DNA of 64,000 nucleotides from the sequence record MT028491.1. One strand, 5' to 3'. Position 1 is the first letter of the stretch. Each line of letters opens with the position of its first letter. Shown here piece after piece: positions 43,819 to 53,167 of this stretch. Both the position numbers and the translations under genes were made by a program. The notes under the pieces are model-generated. The model was not told where the DNA came from, ran no database searches, and was given only the letters and a program-made list of their open reading frames with translations.

Positions 43819-45222
43819 TTAAGCCGCAATCTTGTATCGATCATCCATCAGGGTCTTAGTGATGACCTTGATTGGATCAATCTCACCACCCAAGAGATTC
43901 TTGAGAATGGAAGGACTGAAACCGGAAACAAGAGCCGTGCCATTCGTATCAAATTCCACAGGGGAACCAACCGATGCACGAAGATTCCAGAAAATGATAC
44001 CCGGCATTTCATAACCAGCATCATTAAACTTCTTTGTCCAACGCTGATACATCGTTGCATCAGTGCCACCAGACACACACCTATCAAACTGCATATCCGA
44101 AAAGATAATGAGTTTGTTTGGAAGGTCTGATTGAGGAACTGCATTTTGAACCGCATGATCCAATACCAGCTTGAAAGCCTTATCGATATCAGTATTCATA
44201 GCCCAATCGCGATCCATACCATGGACAAAATGCTTTCGATCAAGAATGGTATTACCAGCTACCTTGATCAACCTTGGATTTCCTGAGAACGTAAGAACGT
44301 AATCCTTGAAAGCCGACTTGTTGCGTTCGGAACAATAAAGACCAAGTGCAACAGAAACTTCCATCGGAACACCAGACATAGAACCAGAAACATCACACAT
44401 TGGAAGGAAACTAGTGTTTTCCGTGATGTAGTTTGGCAACGCCTTCCACTGTGCATCCATGACGCCAGCATTAGCACCCCTTAGAACATCATGAGGGAAG
44501 ATCGCACCAGCATTGACCTTTGCACCAGAATCCGGCTTGGAAAGAGCGGCAATCCATTCACGATAACGCTCACCATCATTACGATGAAACGCCTTCTGGT
44601 AGTTCTTTGCGGCAACAGAAGGAATATGATTGTAATCAATCGCATCCCATTCCTTGGCACACATCTTGGTTTCAACCACATTCGTAAGTTCCACAAGGGT
44701 CTTACGATAGGTCTTTGGATTCATACCAAGATACTTGCGAAGTGCAATAGCTTGTGCACCCTTGCGAGGCATCCACTTTGCACAAAGACCATCCTTGGCT
44801 TCCAAGGCTTCCTTGATTACCGGCATTGCCGCTTCAAAGACCTTATCACCAGAATGAAGAACATCATCCCAACGGCCCATTTCGACCATCTTGCGAATAA
44901 CCACATCAGGAGTCACCCCATGATCGGCAACGATTCGTTCAAAAAAAGTATTCATAAGGCGACGGCCCATAGCGCGTTCACCAGCACCTTCACGAACATC
45001 ACGACCATAAAGCACAAGGCGAGCAAACATTTGTGGATCGCTAATATATGCAGTTTCGGCAAGCTTCATAAAGCTACCAACCGACTGGCGAGAAGCGCCA
45101 ATACGGAAAAATGCATCTACCATATACTTACCAGAAGTATCTAGAGTTGCATCACCATTTTCCGTAACGGTACGACCAACCGAGACATCAGCACCGTTAA
45201 GCGAAGATACAAACTTATTCAT
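43819..45222 (-). CDS. TROVE-like / vWA domain protein (DUF2828 type)
   Basis: TENG...TSG...VD.FF, RDVREGAGER, GRWDD, LCAKWMPR, VNAGAIFPH; vWA MIDAS CDVSGSM, TD..KAF..VL, IFSDMQFD, FWNL, SGFSP. Confidence 0.88.
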   Translation of the reverse strand: MNKFVSSLNGADVSVGRTVTENGDATLDTSGKYMVDAFFRIGASRQSVGSFMKLAETAYISDPQMFARLVLYGRDVREGAGERAMGRRLMNTFFERIVADHGVTPDVVIRKMVEMGRWDDVLHSGDKVFEAAMPVIKEALEAKDGLCAKWMPRKGAQAIALRKYLGMNPKTYRKTLVELTNVVETKMCAKEWDAIDYNHIPSVAAKNYQKAFHRNDGERYREWIAALSKPDSGAKVNAGAIFPHDVLRGANAGVMDAQWKALPNYITENTSFLPMCDVSGSMSGVPMEVSVALGLYCSERNKSAFKDYVLTFSGNPRLIKVAGNTILDRKHFVHGMDRDWAMNTDIDKAFKLVLDHAVQNAVPQSDLPNKLIIFSDMQFDRCVSGGTDATMYQRWTKKFNDAGYEMPGIIFWNLRASVGSPVEFDTNGTALVSGFSPSILKNLLGGEIDPIKVITKTLMDDRYKIAA

Positions 45223-45301
45223 TACAAACCTCTTTCTTTTAGGATCGACATTCGATCAAACATTTAAATTCATTTACGATTTTTTGCATCCTACTATACA
45301 T

Positions 45302-45709
45302 TTAGGATAAAGTCAACCACGATCTTGACGGTATTATAAAATTTTCGAATGTTATCGTATAATTTATGATGTCATATATGCGTTTTGCATGAGTGTTATC
45401 AGACGACATAGTACCAGCCGTTCGTGCTATGCTGAAAATTTTTATACCGTTTCCCAAATATCGATAATATGTTCCAATTCCATTGTTATAAATCGTTATC
45501 GCAATGGATTGCCCAATATGGTATCCCAATTTATTATTCTTAAATCGAACTCTACAATAGACCCCATCCCTTTTCATTTTTCTAGTTTCAAAGAAATAGA
45601 CAGTTGTTAGTATGTCATGCGAAATTTCCATAAATTCCCGACATGCATGAAAACGCTGGCGTCTACTTAAATGTGGTTCTCTTTCCATCCACATATTGCT
45701 ATAAAACAT
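45302..45709 (-). CDS. hypothetical protein (AT-rich island)
   Basis: ORF, no family recognised. Confidence 0.5.
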   Translation of the reverse strand: MFYSNMWMEREPHLSRRQRFHACREFMEISHDILTTVYFFETRKMKRDGVYCRVRFKNNKLGYHIGQSIAITIYNNGIGTYYRYLGNGIKIFSIARTAGTMSSDNTHAKRIYDIINYTITFENFIIPSRSWLTLS

Positions 45710-45710
45710 A

Positions 45711-46010
45711 TCACAACCTATCCATCTTCATTATTTCATCAATGAATTTATCGATATCAAATCGTCTATCATAAATCAATCTGTTTGGATGCTCTATTGT
45801 GCCTTGGACTATCAAACCTACTGAATAGTTGTTATTCAACGCCACTATAATATATGCACGATGCACCGCCCTATAATCTTTTATTCTTTGTAGTCTAAAT
45901 ATTTCGGTATCGTATGAATAGACATATTTGTTAAAAACTAATTTCTTGCACAACATATCCGAGAATTTTTTCAGGTTGTTGCGATATAATTTTTGAATAT
46001 TTTCTGGCAT
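45711..46010 (-). CDS. hypothetical protein (AT-rich island)
   Basis: ORF. Confidence 0.5.
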   Translation of the reverse strand: MPENIQKLYRNNLKKFSDMLCKKLVFNKYVYSYDTEIFRLQRIKDYRAVHRAYIIVALNNNYSVGLIVQGTIEHPNRLIYDRRFDIDKFIDEIMKMDRL

Positions 46011-46488
46011 ATCTTGAGAATACTTTATCAGACTTAATAAGTCTTTGTATTATTTCTAACTGATTATTTTCCATTGAATCTATTTGTGTACTAATGGGGG
46101 TTTTATACAAGAGTATTAAACATTCAAATGTTGAATTGTGCATATTGACGAAAAAAACATGTGTGTTTATCTTTTGAGGTTCCATTCTAAATGTTGAATC
46201 AATATATGTTGTATTAAATTTTTCATCATCATAACCACGAAATATCCTCATTCTTTCATGCCATTCTATTTTTCTAATTTTTTTGGCAAAGAAAGAATTA
46301 ACAAGCTTTCTTATTTCCAACATTCTGGATAATTTTTCTTTGGTTTTAGTACAATATGAATATCTTTTCTTGGCCCATTCAAATTTAACAATGAATTGAT
46401 CTGGATTGATATAGATAGCTGGACCTGTTGTCGTTGTGCTTATTGGTTTAAATATTACATTAGTCTTATTAATAATAACATTATTCAT
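45931..46488 (-). CDS. hypothetical protein (AT-rich island)
   Basis: ORF. Confidence 0.5.
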   Translation of the reverse strand: MNNVIINKTNVIFKPISTTTTGPAIYINPDQFIVKFEWAKKRYSYCTKTKEKLSRMLEIRKLVNSFFAKKIRKIEWHERMRIFRGYDDEKFNTTYIDSTFRMEPQKINTHVFFVNMHNSTFECLILLYKTPISTQIDSMENNQLEIIQRLIKSDKVFSRYARKYSKIISQQPEKILGYVVQEISF

Positions 46489-46934
46489 AGTTCACCACAA
46501 AAATCCACGTATTTATTGTTCATAAAAAATATCAAATATGACTGATTTTTAGCCATCAATGCATTTGTATAATAACTATACATCATTGTATGAAATATAT
46601 AATGTGACGTATTAGTTCTCATAACAAATTTAACACCATCCAATAACTTCCAATGGTGGAGCATCACATCTGAATTATCATATCGATACAATTTCTTAAT
46701 AGAACTATCTCTAAACCTTTCGAAGTGATCGTTCTTATCGTAACGATACAATGAACTTTCCCCATCACTAGCCCAATCACAAAAGAAATTTTCTGACAGG
46801 AAATCATCGAATTGATAACTGGCCTTTCTAACATCATGAATCAATGTCACCGCATTTCGAAAATATCCCAACTTTGCCCTTTGTTCCAAATCATCATAAT
46901 TCGTCTTATAAGGGTTTTCATACATTGACTTCAT
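46485..46934 (-). CDS. hypothetical protein (AT-rich island)
   Basis: ORF. Confidence 0.5.
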   Translation of the reverse strand: MKSMYENPYKTNYDDLEQRAKLGYFRNAVTLIHDVRKASYQFDDFLSENFFCDWASDGESSLYRYDKNDHFERFRDSSIKKLYRYDNSDVMLHHWKLLDGVKFVMRTNTSHYIFHTMMYSYYTNALMAKNQSYLIFFMNNKYVDFCGEL

Positions 46935-47388
46935 TTCCGAATTTCAAACATATTTTTCTGATAAACTCTTTCTCATAATCATCAAACTCAATTTTGCTCG
47001 AATGGATTCTGGACAGAACAAAAGACAGATATAATGCAGGATAATGCGCTATCGTTTGGATATCTTTATTCAAATTTTTGGCGAAAAACCCCGGAAAATG
47101 TAAAAGGGTACAGCTTGGAAAAAGTGTTGGATTATTCACGTAAAAATAAAGTCTTTCGGAATATACCATTTCCAAATTCATAAGAGCGTCACTTAGTAAA
47201 TCAGCATAGTTGCGCGAACCCCAAAAATATTTAAGGGTATTATACAATCTAATAAATTCTTGTGGTTCAATCTCCATCAAACATTTAGCTAGGAAATTGT
47301 TCATTTTAGTGGAAAATAAAACACATTCCAAATTTTCAAGCGTATTGTCGAAATTATCCCGACGCCTTCTAGCATTCATATTTCTCAA
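46918..47388 (-). CDS. hypothetical protein (AT-rich island)
   Basis: ORF. Confidence 0.5.
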   Translation of the reverse strand: MRNMNARRRRDNFDNTLENLECVLFSTKMNNFLAKCLMEIEPQEFIRLYNTLKYFWGSRNYADLLSDALMNLEMVYSERLYFYVNNPTLFPSCTLLHFPGFFAKNLNKDIQTIAHYPALYLSFVLSRIHSSKIEFDDYEKEFIRKICLKFGNEVNV

Positions 47389-47486
47389 AAAATAATTCCC
47401 TAATATCCTAGAATCAAAAAGGCTAAGACAAACATTAATCTTAACGTCTATCTTAGCCTAATTTTCATGCAATGTCGAATCAAAAG

Positions 47487-47759
47487 TTACTTCGATTTGC
47501 AATAAGCCCTCCACACGCTAAAAGCTGGCATCTGGTAATTCATGGGATCACCCTTAACAGTGATGCTTTCATATGGATCGCCATTCATCCAAACCTTACG
47601 GTTTTTACAATTGACAATAGCAGTGAATTTCACACCACTATATTCAGACAGAACCATATCACCACGATCCGTCTTTTTGATGAATTCGGGTTTAGTTGCA
47701 GCCATTGCCGAAGTTACAGCAAGAGCCATTACAACACCAAGTACGAGTTTCTTGATCAT
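47487..47759 (-). CDS. small exported protein
   Basis: Signal peptide MIKKLVLGVVMALAVTSAMAA; two Cys. Confidence 0.6.
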   Translation of the reverse strand: MIKKLVLGVVMALAVTSAMAATKPEFIKKTDRGDMVLSEYSGVKFTAIVNCKNRKVWMNGDPYESITVKGDPMNYQMPAFSVWRAYCKSK

Positions 47760-48133
47760 TTGACACCACCCTTACACGTAGCTCGCCAGACATTAAACAG
47801 GATATATTCCTTACCTGTGCGAAAACGAATGTTCTTGGTCTTGGCAGGAATTTCAAAAACCTTACCAGTTCCAGCATCGGTTACATATGCGCCATTATCG
47901 CCGCCACACATGATACGAACATTGAAGCCGTCTTTCTTGTTGCCTTCCCGAATAATTACGGTAGCATTGATTTGACCGTCTTCATCGTCTGGTTCGACAA
48001 ATGGATTGATAACAGCGTATTGTCCACATTTACCCTGCCAGCAAAGCTTGAAAGGTTGGGGATCGGTCATAGCAACAGCCGGAACCGAAACAGATGCAAA
48101 GGCCAAAGCCCCTAGAAAAAGTGCCATTTTCAT
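47756..48133 (-). CDS. small exported protein
   Basis: Signal peptide MKMALFLGALAFASVSVPAVA; SD AGGAGG; four Cys. Confidence 0.6.
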   Translation of the reverse strand: MKMALFLGALAFASVSVPAVAMTDPQPFKLCWQGKCGQYAVINPFVEPDDEDGQINATVIIREGNKKDGFNVRIMCGGDNGAYVTDAGTGKVFEIPAKTKNIRFRTGKEYILFNVWRATCKGGVK

Positions 48134-48280
48134 AACAAAACCTCCTATGGTTAGAATCACACTTACACCATAGGATATAGAAACCTTAAAAATCATGTCA
48201 ATACCTATTTTATGTCAAGCATTAAATTTTATGTAAGGTATTGATTTATATACATTTTATTTTATGTAATAATTCGTGAT

Positions 48281-48309
48281 TTGACTCTTCAAACAAGTTT
48301 TGCTAATAA
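48281..48309 (+). promoter_or_regulatory. plus-strand sigma70-type promoter with no downstream ORF
   Basis: TTGACT-17nt-TAATAA. Confidence 0.55.
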
Positions 48310-48310
48310 T

Positions 48311-48450
48311 GACAGCGTAGCTGTTCAAGAAAAACCTTTAGAGTCTGGTTTAAATATCCCTTAAAAAATTCAAATAGTTGAAGTTGTGTAGCAACACACC
48401 TGAAAGGTGTTCAATTAACATCCTTCGGATGTGCAAGCTTCGCTTGCTTA
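48311..48450 (+). ncRNA. candidate small structured RNA
   Basis: Hairpins GACAGC-GTA-GCTGTT, ACACC-TGAAA-GGTGT, ACATC-CTTCG-GATGT and GCAAG-CTTCG-CTTGC downstream of the + promoter. Confidence 0.5.
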
Positions 48451-48461
48451 ATTTAGATTCT

Positions 48462-48827
48462 TTAAATATAAATTTGAATCTGTAAAAGTTCTTTATAGAT
48501 ATAAAGCATATTGGATACATTACCTCTATAGTTATTGATAACTTTCAATAAATCATCGTCTTTTACTACAAAAGTAATATTTTCAATAGATTTAATTTCC
48601 TCTTCATGTTTCATGATACATGAAATCAAATAACTTGCATCTTCCAAATTCTTGAAACAACGGCCCATTACTTCCATTGTTTCTAAAGAAATAGGATCAA
48701 AAATTGTCGCCTGCCCATTCCCATTTTTGTAAGATTGGAAAACTGGTAGAACTTTCTTGTATGTGAAAACAAGACAGTTCAATTTTGCGTTTAAGGCACT
48801 CAATTCTTTTGATGGTACTCTTGACAT
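48462..48827 (-). CDS. hypothetical protein
   Basis: ORF; likely start MSRVPS. Confidence 0.45.
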   Translation of the reverse strand: MSRVPSKELSALNAKLNCLVFTYKKVLPVFQSYKNGNGQATIFDPISLETMEVMGRCFKNLEDASYLISCIMKHEEEIKSIENITFVVKDDDLLKVINNYRGNVSNMLYIYKELLQIQIYI

Positions 48828-49203
48828 TATTAAACCTTTCAACATCAGACATTTTTTCTAGATCGCTTTTTGTCTGGTTGTACAATAACCAATATTCTTT
48901 CGTTTTATTAAGTGTGCAATGTTCTGTGTCGTCAATCCATTCCTTGATGGTATGAAGCCTGTTTTCAAATGCTGATCTATTAATTTGAAGTAGACGAATT
49001 TCATTCGGTTTGTATGCCTCTTCCGGTGAAACTATTCCTCTTTGGGCATTAATGAACAAAAGATCATTGACGAGTGCACAACCAATCTCAAGAATCATGA
49101 TTGTGCTTCGACACGCATACTCGACTTTAGTTCTTTCTTTTAAACGAATCATACTGATAAAAGCCCATGTGAATAATTTCAAGAGTGCTATCGGGTATAT
49201 CAA
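48697..49203 (-). CDS. hypothetical protein
   Basis: ORF with large overlaps; boundaries uncertain. Confidence 0.45.
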   Translation of the reverse strand: MIYPIALLKLFTWAFISMIRLKERTKVEYACRSTIMILEIGCALVNDLLFINAQRGIVSPEEAYKPNEIRLLQINRSAFENRLHTIKEWIDDTEHCTLNKTKEYWLLYNQTKSDLEKMSDVERFNNVKSTIKRIECLKRKIELSCFHIQESSTSFPILQKWEWAGDNF

Positions 49204-49648
49204 TCATTTCATCGTCTGAAATGCTGACATACATTTCGAGAAGGGTTTCAATAGCCGTAATTGAATTTTTAAGATAGCTGATAACGTCTCGACTGACTTC
49301 CCAATACAGCTTAATCGCTTTGCTGATATTATGATAGTTAATGTCATCCATCATGAAATGCCATCCATTCTTTTTCCAATACATTGGAATGGCAATATAT
49401 CGATAATCGGTTCTCAAAATTTGATTAAAGTATTTGATCCATTCTTCGCGTTCGGAAGTCTCAATGATCTTTCTACGAAACGGCCATTTTTTACCGATAA
49501 CAGGTTCGGCATAAACACCATCTTCAATTGTGTTTTCAGCATTCGTTTCGATATCAATTTTCATTTTCTGTGCATCTGCCAGACAAACCTTTAGATGATC
49601 CAGAAGCATTTTATAAGTCGCGATTCTCATCAATAACCTTTCATTCAA
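49127..49648 (-). CDS. hypothetical protein
   Basis: ORF after a terminator. Confidence 0.5.
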   Translation of the reverse strand: MNERLLMRIATYKMLLDHLKVCLADAQKMKIDIETNAENTIEDGVYAEPVIGKKWPFRRKIIETSEREEWIKYFNQILRTDYRYIAIPMYWKKNGWHFMMDDINYHNISKAIKLYWEVSRDVISYLKNSITAIETLLEMYVSISDDEMIDIPDSTLEIIHMGFYQYDSFKRKN

Positions 49649-49690
49649 AAACGATTTGCAAATTAGTATAATACTAATCTAATTTTAGCA

Positions 49691-49720
49691 ACAAAAAAAA
49701 GAGGCCGAAGCCTCTTTTTC
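49691..49720 (-). terminator. intrinsic terminator
   Basis: AGAGGC-TTCG-GCCTCT-TTTTTTT. Confidence 0.85.
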
Positions 49721-50277
49721 TATGTAGGATTTTCAACAATGATTTCCCCTTCCCAACCGGGAAGGAAATCTAGCCAACCTATGTCATTGACAACCAGCGG
49801 GAATTTCTTGCGAACTTCCAACATCTGGCCAAAGGTTGGTTCAAATGGCTTCTTAATCGGTATCCAAAGCCCTTTAGGATCATGGTGTCCTTTCTTGTTA
49901 TTACAATCGGTACAAGCTGCAACGATGTTATTCCAAGAATGTTCACCACCCTTCACACGTGGAACCACGTGATCATAAGTGAAAGAGTTAAGCTTTAGAG
50001 CCTTTTCGCAATACTGGCAAATACCATGATCGCGATAATACAAGGCTTCTCGCTTAAGCCTTAACTTTTCTGAGAAGCGCTTATTCGTCACAATGACACT
50101 TGGCCAATACAAATCTGTACGACTTGGTGTTTTGATGACATTTGAGTGATTAAGCACAACTCTTGCCGATCCTGTTAGAACTTTGGTGATAGCGTCTTCT
50201 GCCGGTATTGTCTTCACTGGAAACAGAGAGACAGGCATATATGCATTATTGAGAACCAAAGTCCTATAACCAATCAT
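49720..50277 (-). CDS. HNH endonuclease (LVLN-type, McrA-like)
   Basis: TLVLN..Y.P, RD...CQYC, TYDHVVPR.KGG.HSW.N.V.AC..CNNKK. Confidence 0.9.
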   Translation of the reverse strand: MIGYRTLVLNNAYMPVSLFPVKTIPAEDAITKVLTGSARVVLNHSNVIKTPSRTDLYWPSVIVTNKRFSEKLRLKREALYYRDHGICQYCEKALKLNSFTYDHVVPRVKGGEHSWNNIVAACTDCNNKKGHHDPKGLWIPIKKPFEPTFGQMLEVRKKFPLVVNDIGWLDFLPGWEGEIIVENPT

Positions 50278-50289
50278 TTTACACCACCA

Positions 50290-50745
50290 TTATCCATTAG
50301 CCTTTTTCAAGCTATCTGCCGTTGTGAAAACTTCCAACAATTTGGAAGCCTTTACCTTGGCTGATTTCACCCATGCCGCTACAACTGGATCGGTTTTGGA
50401 AATAACAACCATAAGGCTGAAATCTTCCTGCAACTCTTCATCCATTGCGCCTAGCGCTTTGTCGAAACCTTCTTTAAGGTTCAATTGACGTAATGCCCTA
50501 ACAAACCAAATCTTGTCAACTGAATTAATATCAGGTTCAACACTTTTTGGTGCTTCATAGGCTTCAATTACGATAGAACCTTCATCTAGAAGCTTAATGA
50601 CATTTTGATAATCAACATTACCAGCAATCATAACATTGCTTCTATCTGTTGTATATGGAATTGTGCGTTCGATCCCGGTTTCAGGATCGAATTCGATAAC
50701 ACTTTCATTATTAAAACCAAAACGGTATGTCTTAGCCTTTACCAT
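50290..50745 (-). CDS. tail-fibre-associated (chaperone-like) protein
   Basis: Directly downstream of the tail fibre; N.DYQ....L...G..I..Y..P motif typical of fibre accessory proteins. Confidence 0.55.
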   Translation of the reverse strand: MVKAKTYRFGFNNESVIEFDPETGIERTIPYTTDRSNVMIAGNVDYQNVIKLLDEGSIVIEAYEAPKSVEPDINSVDKIWFVRALRQLNLKEGFDKALGAMDEELQEDFSLMVVISKTDPVVAAWVKSAKVKASKLLEVFTTADSLKKANG

Positions 50746-50761
50746 TAAATTAACCTCTTAA

Positions 50762-52495
50762 TTATACCAAAATATCAGCACTGAATTCAGTTACAGATTC
50801 GGCATTAATGTTACCGTCTGTGCTTGAGACAACCGCATATTTGAAATTCTTTTCGTTCAATGGTGTAACGGTTGTGGTGCTTACGTTAGTGTTAGCCGTA
50901 TTGACCTTTGTAGCAGTTGGAGTAACGCGCATAGGAACAATAAAACTGTTTGTGAATGCAAGGACTTGAGAACCAGCCGTAGCAAAATATGTTGCATTTT
51001 GCGTTAGTTTCTGATAATATCTCTTACAAATAGTGTCTTCATAATCTCTTGGCTTATATTCGTATTTAGTAGCCTTATTTCCAGCTTCCAACATGAATAG
51101 AGCAAAATCAGCATAGGAAGTTCCGATATCGGAACCAATAGTGCCGTCTTTTAGAACAACCTGAATTCTAATATGATCGGTAGCATCATTTGTACCCAAA
51201 ATCTTACCAGCAATGGTAGGCATGGTGAATGTCGCTGTAACGCGCTGCCAAGCCGAATTAAGGGTAAACTGATTGAGAACAGTTGTTGTAACTTCTGCCG
51301 AAACTGTACCACCCGTTCCGAAGTTCTGAATTACCTTCAAGCGAATGTCACGATCTGTTGACGATCTAGCCCAAAATGACAATGTAACTTGCTGGCCTTG
51401 GAAAATGGTTACGTCTTCAAATCCAGTTTCAAGAGCAAGATCAGCAGATGCAAAATTTTCACCACGCAAACGAATGTAATAACGTGGATTGTCTGCAACT
51501 TGAATTTGACCCGGCGCAAATGATTCGCGAGTAGTATTCAAAACACCTGTAGGAGAACCAGAATCAACGCGGGTTTTCCAACCATCAGCATTGAAGCCGA
51601 TCCCTGTGAAGGTTGATCCTCTTTGCCAGATATTCAAAGCACCATTGACGATTGGTGAACGCCACGAACCAATAGACCAGTTATTTAGAGACTGTACATT
51701 GATGTTTGTATCGCCACTTTTCAAGCCAACGGCTGTTTGTGCTGTTTCAACATTTGCTGCGAAGAATAGGGTATTACCGATGTTGGTTGCACCCAAGTTC
51801 AATACGGCTTGTTGACCATTCTGAATATCAGATAGATTGCCATTCTTGGTTACAAACGTATCTAGAGCCGTTGTAAGACCCGTTACATCTGCAATAGCGT
51901 GTACGTGCGTCTTACGCGCAAACGTGTCCAATGTTATTTTAAGATGTTCTGTAGACAGTTCATCATAAACAGCCACATAAACATTCTGGAAATTGGAAAT
52001 ATTGGCTGTTGCCGTCATTCCATTAATGTCAAGAGAAACTTTACGTGAGACTGTGTTTTCTTCAAATTTGATCCCGGCACCAGTTGCGATATCGTGAGGA
52101 CGCCAACCATTGTTTGTGAGGGTTACGTTAAATGAAGTGTTTCCCGGTGCTGGAACCAAACCCTTATCAGAAGCCGAAAAAGCATCCAATTGAATTGTAG
52201 CCGCATGGGAATTTGTTGCGGTCAAAATAGAACGTCCGACATTAGACGCATCTGTAATGTCAGTTGAAACGTGTGTATGAATAACGTTAGCTTTTAGATC
52301 GAAATCTTCGATATCAACCTTTTCGTCTAGAGCGTCTTGCAAGCCGACAATATTGTCAACTGTAACGCTGATAGGCGCAAGGGCAAGCTGAGAAATAGTT
52401 GCCTTGTAGGTTTTACCATTTTGAATTACCAAAGTTTCATCAGTACCTACAACGATAGATGACTTAGGTAATTCGGTAATTCTCTTTTTAGCCAT
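50762..52495 (-). CDS. tail fibre / receptor-binding protein
   Basis: MAKKRITELP N-terminus; HTHV and H.HAIADVTGL fibre repeats; NG...IWQRG carbohydrate-binding-like C-terminal module; start at 52495. Confidence 0.78.
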   Translation of the reverse strand: MAKKRITELPKSSIVVGTDETLVIQNGKTYKATISQLALAPISVTVDNIVGLQDALDEKVDIEDFDLKANVIHTHVSTDITDASNVGRSILTATNSHAATIQLDAFSASDKGLVPAPGNTSFNVTLTNNGWRPHDIATGAGIKFEENTVSRKVSLDINGMTATANISNFQNVYVAVYDELSTEHLKITLDTFARKTHVHAIADVTGLTTALDTFVTKNGNLSDIQNGQQAVLNLGATNIGNTLFFAANVETAQTAVGLKSGDTNINVQSLNNWSIGSWRSPIVNGALNIWQRGSTFTGIGFNADGWKTRVDSGSPTGVLNTTRESFAPGQIQVADNPRYYIRLRGENFASADLALETGFEDVTIFQGQQVTLSFWARSSTDRDIRLKVIQNFGTGGTVSAEVTTTVLNQFTLNSAWQRVTATFTMPTIAGKILGTNDATDHIRIQVVLKDGTIGSDIGTSYADFALFMLEAGNKATKYEYKPRDYEDTICKRYYQKLTQNATYFATAGSQVLAFTNSFIVPMRVTPTATKVNTANTNVSTTTVTPLNEKNFKYAVVSSTDGNINAESVTEFSADILV

Positions 52496-52510
52496 AAAAA
52501 AATCCTGAAT

Positions 52511-52556
52511 CAAAAAAATAAGGTGAAGAGGTTTCATCCTTCTCACCTTATTTATT
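52511..52556 (-). terminator. tk terminator overlapping a late-promoter-like AATAAATA box
   Basis: ATAAGGTGA...TCACCTTAT-TTTTTT on the - strand; AATAAATA at 52549-52556. Confidence 0.6.
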
Positions 52557-52559
52557 ATG

Positions 52560-53147
52560 TCAGGTTTTGGCTATTTCGCCCAATTTCCAATGATATCGAC
52601 AAACAGAAGCATATCGGTCTTCTGCCCCAATCTCGACAATCTGTCCATCACGAACGATTCTCATATTGACTGGATCATATCGCAAAACCATATTGGCTTT
52701 CTTACCACAATGACAGATTGATTTAATCTCTTCTGAATAGTCACAGATAGCTAATAGACGTTCAACAGCATCGGAGAATAGTTCTCCCTTGAAGTTGTTT
52801 TTCAAACCATAGCAGAACACATCTACATGGAGATAATCAACGATATCTGATAGTTCTTCAATTTGTGTTGGGCTGAAAAATTGGATTTCATCAATGAAGA
52901 TTGCATCAATCTTTTCATCTTTATGTTTATTATAAAGGTCCATGATTGACTCTTCCTGAGATACCGGAAATGCCGGAATTTGTAGACCGATTCGAGAAGA
53001 AATCTTACCCATACCATCCCGATCATCAAGACCGGAAGTCAACAAAAGAGTTTTGAAATTGTTAGTTTTAAAATTATGATTCGTCTGTAGTAAGTGAGCG
53101 CTTTTTCCAGCACCCATTACTGAATAAAAAAATCTAAGTTTTGGCAT
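52560..53147 (-). CDS. tdk: thymidine kinase
   Basis: SVMGAGKS..LL, DDRDG...I.SRIG, DEIQF, YGL.NNF..ELF, zinc ligands CHCG and CRYH. Confidence 0.96.
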   Translation of the reverse strand: MPKLRFFYSVMGAGKSAHLLQTNHNFKTNNFKTLLLTSGLDDRDGMGKISSRIGLQIPAFPVSQEESIMDLYNKHKDEKIDAIFIDEIQFFSPTQIEELSDIVDYLHVDVFCYGLKNNFKGELFSDAVERLLAICDYSEEIKSICHCGKKANMVLRYDPVNMRIVRDGQIVEIGAEDRYASVCRYHWKLGEIAKT

Positions 53148-53167
53148 TTAGATGTTTGTATAATCCT

